Assembly (NCBI GenBank): GCA_017628395.1
Contig: JAGBZD010000042.1
Span: 6,386-70,385, forward strand
Source: Paludibacteraceae bacterium
GTDB taxonomy: Bacteria > Bacteroidota > Bacteroidia > Bacteroidales > Paludibacteraceae
Direction of reading: 5' to 3'
Length of the DNA stretch: 64,000 bases
The stretch's first letter is position 1; each line of letters opens with the position of its first letter. A program made the position numbers and the translations under genes. The notes under the pieces were generated by a model that made no database searches, was not told where the DNA came from, and worked only from the letters and a program-made list of their open reading frames with translations. This document shows positions 35,262 to 44,853 of the stretch, in pieces.

Positions 35262-36508
35262 GGGTTTTTGAAGAGCAAACATGCATTGTGTCCGCCAAAC
35301 CCGAAGTTATTGCTCATCGCATAGCGAATATCGCGCGATTGGGCTTGGTTGAATGTGAAATTTAGGTTGTAGTCAATGTTTGGATCCTCATCTCCTTGCT
35401 CATGATTGATGGTTGGCGTAACGATACCGTGCTGCATAGAGAGAATCGAAATAATCGCCTCTACCGCCCCCGTTCCACCAAGCAGGTGTCCCGTCATGGA
35501 CTTGGAAGATGTGATATTCATACGGTATGCATGTTCGCCAAACAAAGTCTTAATGGCTTTTACCTCAGCCACATCGCCAACAGGCGTAGAAGTACCATGT
35601 GTGTTGATGTAATCCACTTGCTCAGGAGATATACCCGCTTCGTTGATTGCCAATTGCATTGCGTTTACTGCTCCATTGCCCTCTGGGTCGGAAGCGGTGA
35701 GGTGGTAGGCATCAGCAGTGAGTCCTACACCTACAAGCTCAGCATATATGTGTGCTCCACGCGCCTTGGCATGCTCGTACTCCTCTAAGACAAGCGTTCC
35801 AGCACCCTCTCCAAGCACAAATCCATCGCGCGAAGCAGAGAATGGACGAGAAGCAGTCTGCGGTGCATCGTTGCGGGTAGAGAGCGCATGAAGTGCGTTA
35901 AATCCACCTATACCCGACCACTCAACAGCCGCTTCGCTACCGCCAGAGAGCATCACATCAGCCAACCCCATACGGATTTGGTAGTATGCATTGGCTATCG
36001 CATGCGAAGAAGATGCACAAGCCGAAGTAGTAGCATAGTTAGCGCCCTTGAATCCATAGCGCATTGCCAACATACCCGCAGCCATATTGGTGATAATCAT
36101 AGGAATGAAGAATGGGCTATAACGAGGCGTACCATCGCCTGCGCCAAAAGCCGAAATATTCTCATCCAACATATGCACGCCACCCATACCGCTACCATAA
36201 ATGACACCACAACGGCGGGCATTTTCTTGCGTCATATCTATGCGTGCATCGCGCATGGCTTCTTCGGCAGAATACACGGCAAAATGAATATAGCGATCAT
36301 ACCTGCGTGCTTCCTTGCGATCAAAGATAGACTCTACATCCAATCCTTTCACTTCGCAAGCAAACTGCGTCTTGAACTTGGAGGCATCAAACCGAGTAAT
36401 AGGACCAGCACCACTTTGTCCCTTCACCAGATTATCCCAATTGGTAGGCACATCCTGACCAAGAGCGGTCACCATTCCTATACCCGTAACTACTACCCGT
36501 TTCATCAT
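35222..36508 (-). CDS. fabF: beta-ketoacyl-ACP synthase II
   Basis: VVVTGIGMVT, ACASSSHAI (active Cys), the HGTSTPVGD motif and NNFGFGGHNACLLF. Confidence 0.9.
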   Translation of the reverse strand: MMKRVVVTGIGMVTALGQDVPTNWDNLVKGQSGAGPITRFDASKFKTQFACEVKGLDVESIFDRKEARRYDRYIHFAVYSAEEAMRDARIDMTQENARRCGVIYGSGMGGVHMLDENISAFGAGDGTPRYSPFFIPMIITNMAAGMLAMRYGFKGANYATTSACASSSHAIANAYYQIRMGLADVMLSGGSEAAVEWSGIGGFNALHALSTRNDAPQTASRPFSASRDGFVLGEGAGTLVLEEYEHAKARGAHIYAELVGVGLTADAYHLTASDPEGNGAVNAMQLAINEAGISPEQVDYINTHGTSTPVGDVAEVKAIKTLFGEHAYRMNITSSKSMTGHLLGGTGAVEAIISILSMQHGIVTPTINHEQGDEDPNIDYNLNFTFNQAQSRDIRYAMSNNFGFGGHNACLLFKNPISNTQYPISNNQ

Positions 36509-36578
36509 CTTATTTACAACACAACAGCGAGTCTATGGTTTTCCATAAACTCGCTAAGGTTAAAATCAAAGTAGCGTA

Positions 36579-36812
36579 TTATTGAAGTTTCTCAATGTAG
36601 CTAATAACATCTTGTACTGTGTTGATCTTTTGAGTATCCTCATCTGGAATTTGTACACCAAATTCTTTCTCAAATTCCATAATCAACTCTACAGTGTCAA
36701 GAGAGTCTGCGTTGAGGTCAGCGGTGAAGCTTGCCTCTGGAGTTACTTGTGATTCTTCTACGCCCAATTTATCAACGATAATTGCTTTTACTTTTGATTC
36801 AATTGCTGACAT
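36579..36812 (-). CDS. acpP: acyl carrier protein
   Basis: [21 protein letters not shown] phosphopantetheine-attachment motif. Confidence 0.95.
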   Translation of the reverse strand: MSAIESKVKAIIVDKLGVEESQVTPEASFTADLNADSLDTVELIMEFEKEFGVQIPDEDTQKINTVQDVISYIEKLQ

Positions 36813-36937
36813 AATTACAATGTTTTTAATTTGTTAATTATACTATTTTTATTATTTCCCTTTTAATAATTGCGAAATCGGGTGCAAAGTAACGACTTTT
36901 TTTTGGAATATGCAAATTTTTTGGACAAAATGTGCAT

Positions 36938-37786
36938 TTATTCCCCCATTTCGAGCAAAATTTTGCCCATTCTGGCACCAGATTTGCCCATTTGCGCCAA
37001 TAAAACAGGATTTCCATCCAAATTCTCGACATATCGATTGGTGACTATTTTATGCGTATGAGCACCCACTATCACATCGATATTTCGAGTCGCTTTTGCC
37101 AGTACGGCATCCGACACTTGTGCTGGATTTGCGCTATCCGTTCCCAGATGGCTAAGGCACAGTACCACATCGCACTGGTGCTTCTCTTTGAGTTCATTGG
37201 CAGCCTTCTGCGCAGCAGCTATTGGTTCCAAATAGCGCACGGGAGCGAAGTTCTTCTCTGCAATCAGTCCTTGTGGGTTGATGCCCACACCTAATATACC
37301 TATGCGCACGCCCGCACGCGTGAGTACCACATATGGGCGCACAATGTTTTCCAGCGGCGTGCCTGCCACATCGTAATTGGCTGAAACCACTGCAAACATG
37401 GCGTCTTTTAGCATTTGTGCCAGTATATCAACGCCATAATCAAACTCATGATTGCCCAGCGTAATGGCATCGTAGCCCATTTTATTGAGCGCATCTACCT
37501 CCATGCGACCATGATAGAAATTGAAGTAAGGCGTTCCTTGACAAAAGTCACCTGCGTCCACCAGTATCAGGGCAGGATGGGCTTTTCGCTCCTGTTCGAT
37601 CAATCCCATTCGGCGTGCATAGCCCGCATGATTGCCATCGCGTTTACCCGAAGCGATTGGCTCGATCTGCGAGTGAGTATCATTCGTGTGCAAAATAACA
37701 AGGGTGGTAGAATCGGGCGAACAAGCCACTACCATACAAGCACACACAAGAAACAAACAAAAATTAAAAACGCTTCTGTACTTCAT
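36938..37786 (-). CDS. lipoprotein metallophosphatase (N-terminal half of the 5'-nucleotidase/UDP-sugar hydrolase family)
   Basis: Lipobox VVACS. Motifs ILHTNDTHS, DAGDFCQGTPYFN and GNHEFD. No C-terminal nucleotidase domain. Confidence 0.75.
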   Translation of the reverse strand: MKYRSVFNFCLFLVCACMVVACSPDSTTLVILHTNDTHSQIEPIASGKRDGNHAGYARRMGLIEQERKAHPALILVDAGDFCQGTPYFNFYHGRMEVDALNKMGYDAITLGNHEFDYGVDILAQMLKDAMFAVVSANYDVAGTPLENIVRPYVVLTRAGVRIGILGVGINPQGLIAEKNFAPVRYLEPIAAAQKAANELKEKHQCDVVLCLSHLGTDSANPAQVSDAVLAKATRNIDVIVGAHTHKIVTNRYVENLDGNPVLLAQMGKSGARMGKILLEMGE

Positions 37787-39563
37787 CGGATGTTAGAATT
37801 GTGAATATAGTTTGACCATTATTGAGATATTGCGCCGAATGTTTTTCGTTCAATCGCGTCATCAAATCGCGCATCTCCACATCGCTCAGGCTTTTCCCCA
37901 CAGGTATTGCCATGCGGTCTGCCAATGCCAGCGCCATAGCTTCTTGCCATTGTTGGGCAGCGCTTGCGCCCGTGTCTTGCACTTGGTGAATCACCTGCAA
38001 GAGGGTGTCGCATGGATTAGTTTGTCCCAACTGAATAGGAACAGCCGAAATGGTATAAGCATTGGGCGACAACTGGTCTAAAGCAAATCCTATGGTCTGC
38101 AAATCCTGTTGCAAGGATTGCAGCGTCAAAACATCTTCGTTGGACAATTCAATCACCTCTGGAAACAACAACGACTGCGATATACCCTTTTGCTCTCGCA
38201 GTTGCTCCAATAGTTCTTGATACAAGATGGCCATATGCGCACGATGCTGATGAACCAACATCAACCCTTTGTCGGACGGCAGAACAATATACTTGTGTTG
38301 CCATTGCATCAACGCTATGTTTTCCGTTATTTCGGGCAATGCAAACAGCTGTTGGTCAGCCTGCACCGCCGTAGGTTCGGGCGTTGGCATCGCATATAGC
38401 TTCTCCCAATCCATTGCTGCTGAACGCGCTTGCGGATTGGCTTTTTGCTTAAAGGGATTATACGACGGATCCACCTGCAAACGCGGCATAGCAATCGTAG
38501 TAGGTTGCTTTACGGGCTGAGGCATCTCAATATGCGTTTCGGAGGTGAAGTCCAACGAAGGCGTGATATTAAACTTGCCCAATGCCTCTCGTACCGCAGC
38601 CAGCAATATCTGGAAAATCACTTGCTCATCGGCAAACTTGATTTCTGTTTTCGTAGGATGGATATTGACATCAATAGCGTCAGGTTGAATGTCAAAATAG
38701 ATAAAATACGATGGATTGTGGTCGGCAGTCAGCAAGCCCGAATAGGCAGTCTGAATGGCTTTGTGAAAATAGGGATGACGCATATATCGCCCATTCACGA
38801 AGAAGTACTGCTGACTATTCTTGGCTGCCATTTCTGGTTTGCCTACGAAGCCCGAGATATTAACGACTTCTGTATTTGCCAGCACATCCACCAAATGGCT
38901 TGTGAAAGGTTTAGAACTGTGTCCAAAGATGGCTTCTATCCGCTGCTTTGTGGAGCTGATAGGCAACTCGGAGAGTATTTCGTCGTTGTTTACAAGTGTG
39001 AATTGCACTTGTGGATTGACCAAGGCAATGCGATAGTACTCGGTGGTGATGTTTCGCATTTCCGTTTGGTCTGTTTTGAGGAATTTTCGTCGTGCAGGCA
39101 CATTGTAGAAGAGGTTTTTCACGCGGATATTTGTCCCCACAGGACACTGCACCACTTCCTGCTTTATGACCTCAGAGCCAGCTATCTCAATGTGTGTTCC
39201 CACCTCATCTTCGGGTCGTCGCGTAGCGACTTCCACATGTGCCACTGCACAAATACTTGCCAACGCCTCGCCTCGAAAACCCATCGTGCGCAACTGAAAC
39301 AAGTCAGCCGCCTGCGTAATCTTAGAGGTAGCATGGCGTTCGAATGCCATACGGGCATCCGTAGGGCTCATACCCTTGCCGTTATCAATCACCTGCAAGA
39401 GGGTTCTTCCCCCATCCCGCACCAAGATTCGGATATGCGTAGCCCCTGCATCCAGGGAGTTCTCCACCAACTCTTTCAGACAAGAGGCTGGACGCTGAAT
39501 CACCTCACCAGCAGCAATCTGGTTGGCTACATTATCGGGAAGCAGATGAATAATATCGCTCAT
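37764..39563 (-). CDS. mutL: DNA mismatch repair protein MutL
   Basis: IHLLPDNVANQIAAGEVIQRPASCLKELVENSLDAG and GFRGEAL motifs. Start at 39563 (ATGA overlap with the upstream small ORF). Confidence 0.9.
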   Translation of the reverse strand: MSDIIHLLPDNVANQIAAGEVIQRPASCLKELVENSLDAGATHIRILVRDGGRTLLQVIDNGKGMSPTDARMAFERHATSKITQAADLFQLRTMGFRGEALASICAVAHVEVATRRPEDEVGTHIEIAGSEVIKQEVVQCPVGTNIRVKNLFYNVPARRKFLKTDQTEMRNITTEYYRIALVNPQVQFTLVNNDEILSELPISSTKQRIEAIFGHSSKPFTSHLVDVLANTEVVNISGFVGKPEMAAKNSQQYFFVNGRYMRHPYFHKAIQTAYSGLLTADHNPSYFIYFDIQPDAIDVNIHPTKTEIKFADEQVIFQILLAAVREALGKFNITPSLDFTSETHIEMPQPVKQPTTIAMPRLQVDPSYNPFKQKANPQARSAAMDWEKLYAMPTPEPTAVQADQQLFALPEITENIALMQWQHKYIVLPSDKGLMLVHQHRAHMAILYQELLEQLREQKGISQSLLFPEVIELSNEDVLTLQSLQQDLQTIGFALDQLSPNAYTISAVPIQLGQTNPCDTLLQVIHQVQDTGASAAQQWQEAMALALADRMAIPVGKSLSDVEMRDLMTRLNEKHSAQYLNNGQTIFTILTSDEVQKRF

Positions 39564-39799
39564 AGGAAATAGTAGAAGACCACCAACAATAGTCCCAGCA
39601 GTGCAATCCAAAACATGAGTTTGGATTTCCGCTGATTTTGGTTGGTGCGTTTGTGTGTATTGGCTTCGTGTGCCTCACGGAAGGAGCCACGATGAAGACG
39701 CGCAAGTTTATCCTTGCGCGCCTCCTTCTCTTTATCGTAGTAGATGGGGCGATAATCCCACCCACGAGGTTTGGGTACTTTTGGAAAAAGAACCGACAT
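39560..39799 (-). CDS. small basic protein with C-terminal TM helix
   Basis: 79 aa ending MFWIALLGLLLVVFYYFL. Start and stop are coupled to the flanking genes. Confidence 0.45.
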   Translation of the reverse strand: MSVLFPKVPKPRGWDYRPIYYDKEKEARKDKLARLHRGSFREAHEANTHKRTNQNQRKSKLMFWIALLGLLLVVFYYFL

Positions 39800-41490
39800 T
39801 ACTTAACAATAGCTTGGAATTGCTCGTCGTATTGATACTTAGCAAACTCAATATCGTTTTGTGCTTTTGTCTTCATTTGTGCGCTGCGTTGTACTGCCAC
39901 TTTCAAGTTCTCGTACACAGCCTCACGGTCGTTGGTGCGTGCACCCACTACAGCAGCCAAATAAGCGGTAGTAGCATTTGGTTTAGCCACGCGTGCCAAT
40001 GTTTGGCGAGCAGCAGCGTAGTCCTCGTTCAAGATTTGTTGAACAGCAGCGTTGTTAGTTGCCTCTTTGCCATAAGCAGTTTTTGCTGCGCTGTAGTCAC
40101 CCTTCATGGTGTAGAGTGTACCCATAGCTGCTTTCAAGTCGCCTTGTGTGCCTGCTGCCTTACCCAAGTATTGCTCTGCTTGTGCCAAGTCGTTCTCAGC
40201 CAAAGCGGCGATACCTGCGTTGTAGTTCACATCAGGATTTGCTGGCGCCAATTGCAATGCCTTAGCAAAGCTTCTGCGTGCATTAGCCACCTCGCCTTTG
40301 AGGAAGTAAAGCATACCGATGTTGTTGTATGAACGATAGTCTGCTGGATACACCTCAGATACGGTAGTGTAGATAGCCATCTTCTCTGCATTGTCGTGGG
40401 TCAATGTAGCTGCGTAGAGCAACTCATCTACACTCAATGCGCGAGGATCGTTCTTTGCCAAAGCGGCAATCTCATCGTCTGACTTACCAATCAAGTCTGT
40501 GGTCAAAATCAAACGGCTACGACGCAATGCTGGCAAAATCTCATCAGCGATAGTCTTATATACAGCGCTGAGGTTTTTGATTTGCGCCTCACGCTCCTCT
40601 GGATCGGTGTACATACTGAGCACACGGAGAACCAACTCTTTGTCTTGGATGTTGCTTGCTTCCATTGCTTTTTGGAAACCAGCCCAGTCCTCTGCGGTCA
40701 CATTAGACTCGATCTCAGCATTCACTTTAGCGCGTTTGAGTTGTTTTTGCAAGTATTTTTGCGATTTTGTTTGACGCTCGTCAGCCAACTTGGTATTCAA
40801 GTCCATGTTGCCATCAGGAGAAGCATAACCAGCCACTTCCAGTTTGTTGATTGCTTTGTTTGATGCGGTATCAGCATCTTTGATAGCAGCGTGGAGGTCC
40901 TTCATCTCTTGGCTCTTCAATTCAGAATTGCGCAAGGTAGATTGTTGGATAAGGAAGCGAATATCTGCCTCTTGTACCTCTTGAATGATGCGTTGGAACT
41001 TGTCCGCAGTAATTTGTGGTTTCACTTCCTCAGCAGTAGCTACTACCAATTTAGCGGTTGAGATCACACCGTCAGCAACCTTTACATCAGGCAAAGCAAC
41101 CTCTTTGTTACCCGTGCGAGCCACAAAGCGCAAATAGAGTTCTGACTTAGCCATAGCTGGCACATAGTCAAAGGTAGCCACTTGTGTATATTTGCCACCC
41201 TCTTTGTAAGACACAGTTTGACCATTCTCTTTAGCATTCTCGCCTACATATACTACAGACTGAGCCAAAGCCTCTCCACCTTCGTATTTGAGGACAGGAG
41301 TGATAGTTAGAACGGCATTCTTAGCGAATTTCTTCACAGGGAAAGTTCCTGTGATTTCTGCTTCTACTTGATTACCAACCACTGCGAGTGGACTTGGGTT
41401 TACGGACACTTGCTCTGGTTGAACAGCAGTTCCGCAAGATGTCAGGATTGCTGCTGCAATAACCGACACAATGAATAACGATTTTCTCAT
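39799..41490 (-). CDS. TPR-repeat lipoprotein
   Basis: Lipobox AILTSCG. C-terminal TPR units (YNNIGMLYFLKGEVANARRSFAKALQLAPANPDVNYNAGIA). Confidence 0.7.
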   Translation of the reverse strand: MRKSLFIVSVIAAAILTSCGTAVQPEQVSVNPSPLAVVGNQVEAEITGTFPVKKFAKNAVLTITPVLKYEGGEALAQSVVYVGENAKENGQTVSYKEGGKYTQVATFDYVPAMAKSELYLRFVARTGNKEVALPDVKVADGVISTAKLVVATAEEVKPQITADKFQRIIQEVQEADIRFLIQQSTLRNSELKSQEMKDLHAAIKDADTASNKAINKLEVAGYASPDGNMDLNTKLADERQTKSQKYLQKQLKRAKVNAEIESNVTAEDWAGFQKAMEASNIQDKELVLRVLSMYTDPEEREAQIKNLSAVYKTIADEILPALRRSRLILTTDLIGKSDDEIAALAKNDPRALSVDELLYAATLTHDNAEKMAIYTTVSEVYPADYRSYNNIGMLYFLKGEVANARRSFAKALQLAPANPDVNYNAGIAALAENDLAQAEQYLGKAAGTQGDLKAAMGTLYTMKGDYSAAKTAYGKEATNNAAVQQILNEDYAAARQTLARVAKPNATTAYLAAVVGARTNDREAVYENLKVAVQRSAQMKTKAQNDIEFAKYQYDEQFQAIVK

Positions 41491-41585
41491 ATAATTATAA
41501 AATTTTTGTTTGTTTCACACCAAATTATCTTCGTGCTTGCATCTATCTCTACAAAAACTGTGCAACAAGCACACTTTATCGCCTG

Positions 41586-41593
41586 CAAAGGTA
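41586..41593 (-). promoter_or_regulatory. -7 box TACCTTTG for the TPR lipoprotein gene
   Basis: The reverse complement of 41586-41593 is TACCTTTG. Confidence 0.5.
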
Positions 41594-41682
41594 CAAAAAT
41601 ATTTACAAACCACCAAATATCTGTGCTTTTTTTGTTAAAATTTCATGATTTTTTATTAGAAAAACTGATCAATGTGATGCTG

Positions 41683-41815
41683 TATCTTTGCAGTATGAGT
41701 AGCCAAATGAAGAATAATTTAGCACACTATGTGGAAAGTCGGAGTGGTAACTATGTGGTTTCGATAGATCCTCGGTAACTATGGGAAAGAAAATGCATTT
41801 TCTTCTTCCTTTTTG
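41683..41815 (+). ncRNA. candidate stand-alone small transcript (sRNA or leaderless 27-codon micro-ORF)
   Basis: -7 box TATCTTTG at 41683-41690. ATG at 41695 and TAA at 41776. Direct 10-mer GGTAACTATG at 41745 and 41774. Imperfect hairpin at 41784-41809 followed by TTTTT. The next gene has its own promoter at 41879. Confidence 0.35.
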
Positions 41816-41878
41816 AAAAAACGACATTATTATTCCGCTGTATTTTTGAAAAAAATTGCGTTATTGATTTATTTTTAG

Positions 41879-41886
41879 TACCTTTG
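41879..41886 (+). promoter_or_regulatory. -7 box TACCTTTG for the 41923 gene
   Basis: Exact motif match. Confidence 0.5.
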
Positions 41887-41922
41887 CAGCGGAAATTAGC
41901 AAAACCAACAACTATCGTCAGT

Positions 41923-42735
41923 ATGAAAGCAAAATATCTATTTCTTCTCCTATGCTCCCTATTCACCGCATGCGGTGTGTCAGACACAGAATGTGCACAA
42001 ACATTAATCAACAACGCACAAATATTAGTCACCCGTGGACAATGGCGACAAGCACTCATCGTACTGGACTCCGTACACGCCTATTACCCAAAAGAAATAG
42101 CACAACGCCGCATAGCCAACGCCTTGGCAGACAGCATCACCTATCTGGAGGCGCAAGCCAACATAGCCTACACCGACTCCATCCTCCCTCCCCTACTCCA
42201 ACAGGCAGACAAACTACTCAAACTATTCCGCTACGAGAAAAACGACAAATACGAAACATACGGACGGTATGTTCACCACCTACTGACCACCAGTAGCAAT
42301 ACCTCGCGGAACTTTCTGCAAGCATATGTGCAAGACAATCGAACAACCATCGTCAAAAGCTACTACTATGGTTCCAGCCCCACTCACCACCAAGGCATTA
42401 CCCTATCATCCAACGGCGAAGAAATACATAGAAAAGGACAGAACCACCATTTTGAAGCAAATGGTTGGCATGACATAATGACCATGGAGAATACTTACGC
42501 TTTGGAAGTACTCAACTTCATCAGCGCACACATCAACGACCGTATTCGCATTACAGGTCAAGGTACCAAACCCGCCAATACATGGGTGTATTACCTAACA
42601 GACAAAGAGAAACAAGCCCTCTCAGACACCTATCAATTGGGTTGGCTGATGAAAGACATCAAACGCGCAGAAGAAATACAAAACACCGCACAAAAACAAA
42701 TAGAACGCTTCCTGCGTAATCGTCCCGTTCAGTGA
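41923..42735 (+). CDS. lipoprotein of unknown function
   Basis: MKAKYLFLLLCSLFTACG lipobox. Start moved from the ORF-track 41884. Confidence 0.6.
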   Translation: MKAKYLFLLLCSLFTACGVSDTECAQTLINNAQILVTRGQWRQALIVLDSVHAYYPKEIAQRRIANALADSITYLEAQANIAYTDSILPPLLQQADKLLKLFRYEKNDKYETYGRYVHHLLTTSSNTSRNFLQAYVQDNRTTIVKSYYYGSSPTHHQGITLSSNGEEIHRKGQNHHFEANGWHDIMTMENTYALEVLNFISAHINDRIRITGQGTKPANTWVYYLTDKEKQALSDTYQLGWLMKDIKRAEEIQNTAQKQIERFLRNRPVQ

Positions 42736-43739
42736 TTACACGATTGGCAGATAGCAATACGATTGCCTTTTTTTAGCACACTACCACGGAAGTCATCCGC
42801 TTTTTTTCCAAACCAAATATCTGCAAAAGTAGATTGCGCTAATGTTCCCAACGCATGTTGTGCAGCTTTGTCGTAGCAACACGGCAACACTTGTCCTGTG
42901 GTAGTCACCACACAGCCCGACCATAAGCGATAGCAGGGCGTATTCACCCAATGACGGCGCAACCACGATGCATGCAAACGATAGGTGCCATCCTTGGTCA
43001 AACGATAGCGCGAATACTTCGCTTGAGAAGGCATCAAGGCATGTCCGTGTTCATAATCATACAGCTGCGCTGTCTTGAATACCAAGTGCGTTGCCCCCAG
43101 TTGCTTATAGTGTTTGCGTATCCATTGCCACTCGTGTTCATTGGTTTTCAGACGCAGCACCTGCAATTCGATACGAATACGACTATCGTATTTCGCTTTG
43201 GCATTCGACAATTGGCGCAAGCCCTCCAACGCGCGCTGTAAACTCCCTCCCACGCGATACGCTGCATACGACTCCTCTGAAAAACCATCTATCGAAACAA
43301 TGATACGACTCAGTCCGCTCTTCACCAACGCCTCTGCTGTACTGCATGTGAGCGACTGAGCATTGGTGGAAACGATGGTATAAAGTCCCACTTGGTGCGC
43401 TTTGGCAATCATCTCTGGCAATTGGCGATTGAGTAGTGGCTCGCCCTGGAAATAAAACTGCATGGTGTGCACCGCAGTCTGAAGCTCCGAGAGAACCCGC
43501 TCAAAGAGCGGCATTGGCATGAATGATGAGGCAAGAGAGGAAGCGCGCTCACGCTTTCCTACAGGACATTCAGGGCAGCGGAGTTGGCAAAAATTGGCGG
43601 GTTCAACGCTCACAAATGTAGGCAAATGACGCACACGCACCACCCCACAAAGAGATAGTGCGTAACTGGTCCAACAACGCAATTGGTTGAACGCTCTACT
43701 TGCAAGCAATCTTATTGACACGACGCTCGTGACGACCAC
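42729..43739 (-). CDS. radical SAM / SPASM-domain protein
   Basis: CQLRCPECP (CX3CX2C) cluster. C-terminal Cys-rich region CYRLWSGC...LPCCYD...CQSC. Start uncertain because it overlaps rpiB by 44 nt. Confidence 0.7.
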   Translation of the reverse strand: MVVTSVVSIRLLASRAFNQLRCWTSYALSLCGVVRVRHLPTFVSVEPANFCQLRCPECPVGKRERASSLASSFMPMPLFERVLSELQTAVHTMQFYFQGEPLLNRQLPEMIAKAHQVGLYTIVSTNAQSLTCSTAEALVKSGLSRIIVSIDGFSEESYAAYRVGGSLQRALEGLRQLSNAKAKYDSRIRIELQVLRLKTNEHEWQWIRKHYKQLGATHLVFKTAQLYDYEHGHALMPSQAKYSRYRLTKDGTYRLHASWLRRHWVNTPCYRLWSGCVVTTTGQVLPCCYDKAAQHALGTLAQSTFADIWFGKKADDFRGSVLKKGNRIAICQSCNH

Positions 43740-44136
43740 CCTCGAAATCGGTGGATAGGAAGATTTTTACCAATTCAAGGGCTTTCTCGGCGGAGATATA
43801 GTTGGCTGGAAGTCCCAACACATTGGCATTGTTATGCTGGCGCGCCAATGCTGCCAAAGGTGCATCCCAACACAATGCTGCACGAATACCTTGGTGGTGG
43901 TTGCAAGTCATGGTAATACCATTGCCCGTAGAACAAATGGCAATACCAAAATCATTGGTTCCGTCCTCTACAGACGCCGCCATAGGGTGTGCAAAATCAG
44001 GATAGTCGCAACTATCCGTGGATGGACAACCATAATCGGTGACCTGTACGCCTTGCTCCTTGAGCCAAGCCATCACCGTTTGTTTGAGCGCGAAACCTGC
44101 ATGGTCAGACGCAATACCAAGTTTGAGATTCTTCAT
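43696..44136 (-). CDS. rpiB: ribose-5-phosphate isomerase B
   Basis: IASDHAGFALK, ICSTGNGITM and NANVLGLPA motifs. Confidence 0.9.
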   Translation of the reverse strand: MKNLKLGIASDHAGFALKQTVMAWLKEQGVQVTDYGCPSTDSCDYPDFAHPMAASVEDGTNDFGIAICSTGNGITMTCNHHQGIRAALCWDAPLAALARQHNNANVLGLPANYISAEKALELVKIFLSTDFEGGRHERRVNKIACK

Positions 44137-44145
44137 ATTGTAATG

Positions 44146-44853
44146 CTAAATTTTTAGTTCTTTTTTCCTATTGTACGGGCAAACGATTTGACATTCAAGA
44201 CAATGGTGCGTGGTGTATGCTATGCACGCTCGCGCGTCCCACACGCTGCTGCGCAACGCTCCCGTTGGACAAGCATCCTGACATAACTTGCAATCTCCAC
44301 ACCCATTCCCAATATCCGCTATCCGATACCCATCAACCGCCCTATTCAGCACAATCTCCCCCGGATGCACCATGCTGCCCAAGACGGGATGAATAAACTG
44401 GTGGTTCTTGCCTATAAAACCCAATCCTGCCTCCACGCACCAACGGCGTTCAAGCATAGGAGCCGAGTCGCAAAATATATGCTGGTGCGTCTGCGACACG
44501 ATGTCGTCCCCAAACGCTTCTCGCAGCTTGCCTTCCAACGCATACAGCATGGATTTAACACGCCGATGATAGTCCCGACCCGAATGGTCGAAATGGAGCA
44601 AGCAGACTACCACCGTTTGTGCATTAGGTACAAGCACAGCAGGGTCGTAACGCTTCTCGCAGTTGCGTTCCAAATAATCCATCTCGCCATGCAATCCCTG
44701 CGCAATCCAATGATCCATAAACTGCGCATCCTCCTCCAAACGGCGAACAGGAGCCACACCGCAGGCATCAAAACCCACCTCGCGTGCCAGATTACAGATA
44801 TTTTCTAATGTCAGCTTCAAGCGCGTCGAAATCGGTATATCGCCCTTGCACAT
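44146..44853 (-). CDS. queG: epoxyqueuosine reductase (short form; start uncertain, alternative TTG at 44820)
   Basis: FDACGVAP, GEMDYLERN, GLGFIGKNHQFIHP and CGDCKLCQDACPTGAL motifs. Confidence 0.65.
   Translation of the reverse strand: MCKGDIPISTRLKLTLENICNLAREVGFDACGVAPVRRLEEDAQFMDHWIAQGLHGEMDYLERNCEKRYDPAVLVPNAQTVVVCLLHFDHSGRDYHRRVKSMLYALEGKLREAFGDDIVSQTHQHIFCDSAPMLERRWCVEAGLGFIGKNHQFIHPVLGSMVHPGEIVLNRAVDGYRIADIGNGCGDCKLCQDACPTGALRSSVWDARACIAYTTHHCLECQIVCPYNRKKELKI

Noticed and set aside
35888-36574. 228-aa plus-strand ORF.
   Set aside because: Antisense to fabF.
36838-37061. Two ORFs of about 63 aa in the acpP upstream region.
   Set aside because: They overlap the metallophosphatase 3' end and the AT-rich promoter region on both strands. 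They are low-complexity and unsupported.
38430-39572. 380-aa plus-strand ORF.
   Set aside because: It lies entirely antisense to mutL, whose motifs are unambiguous.
39655-40332. 225-aa plus-strand Cys-rich ORF.
   Set aside because: Antisense to the TPR lipoprotein gene. No promoter motif is present.
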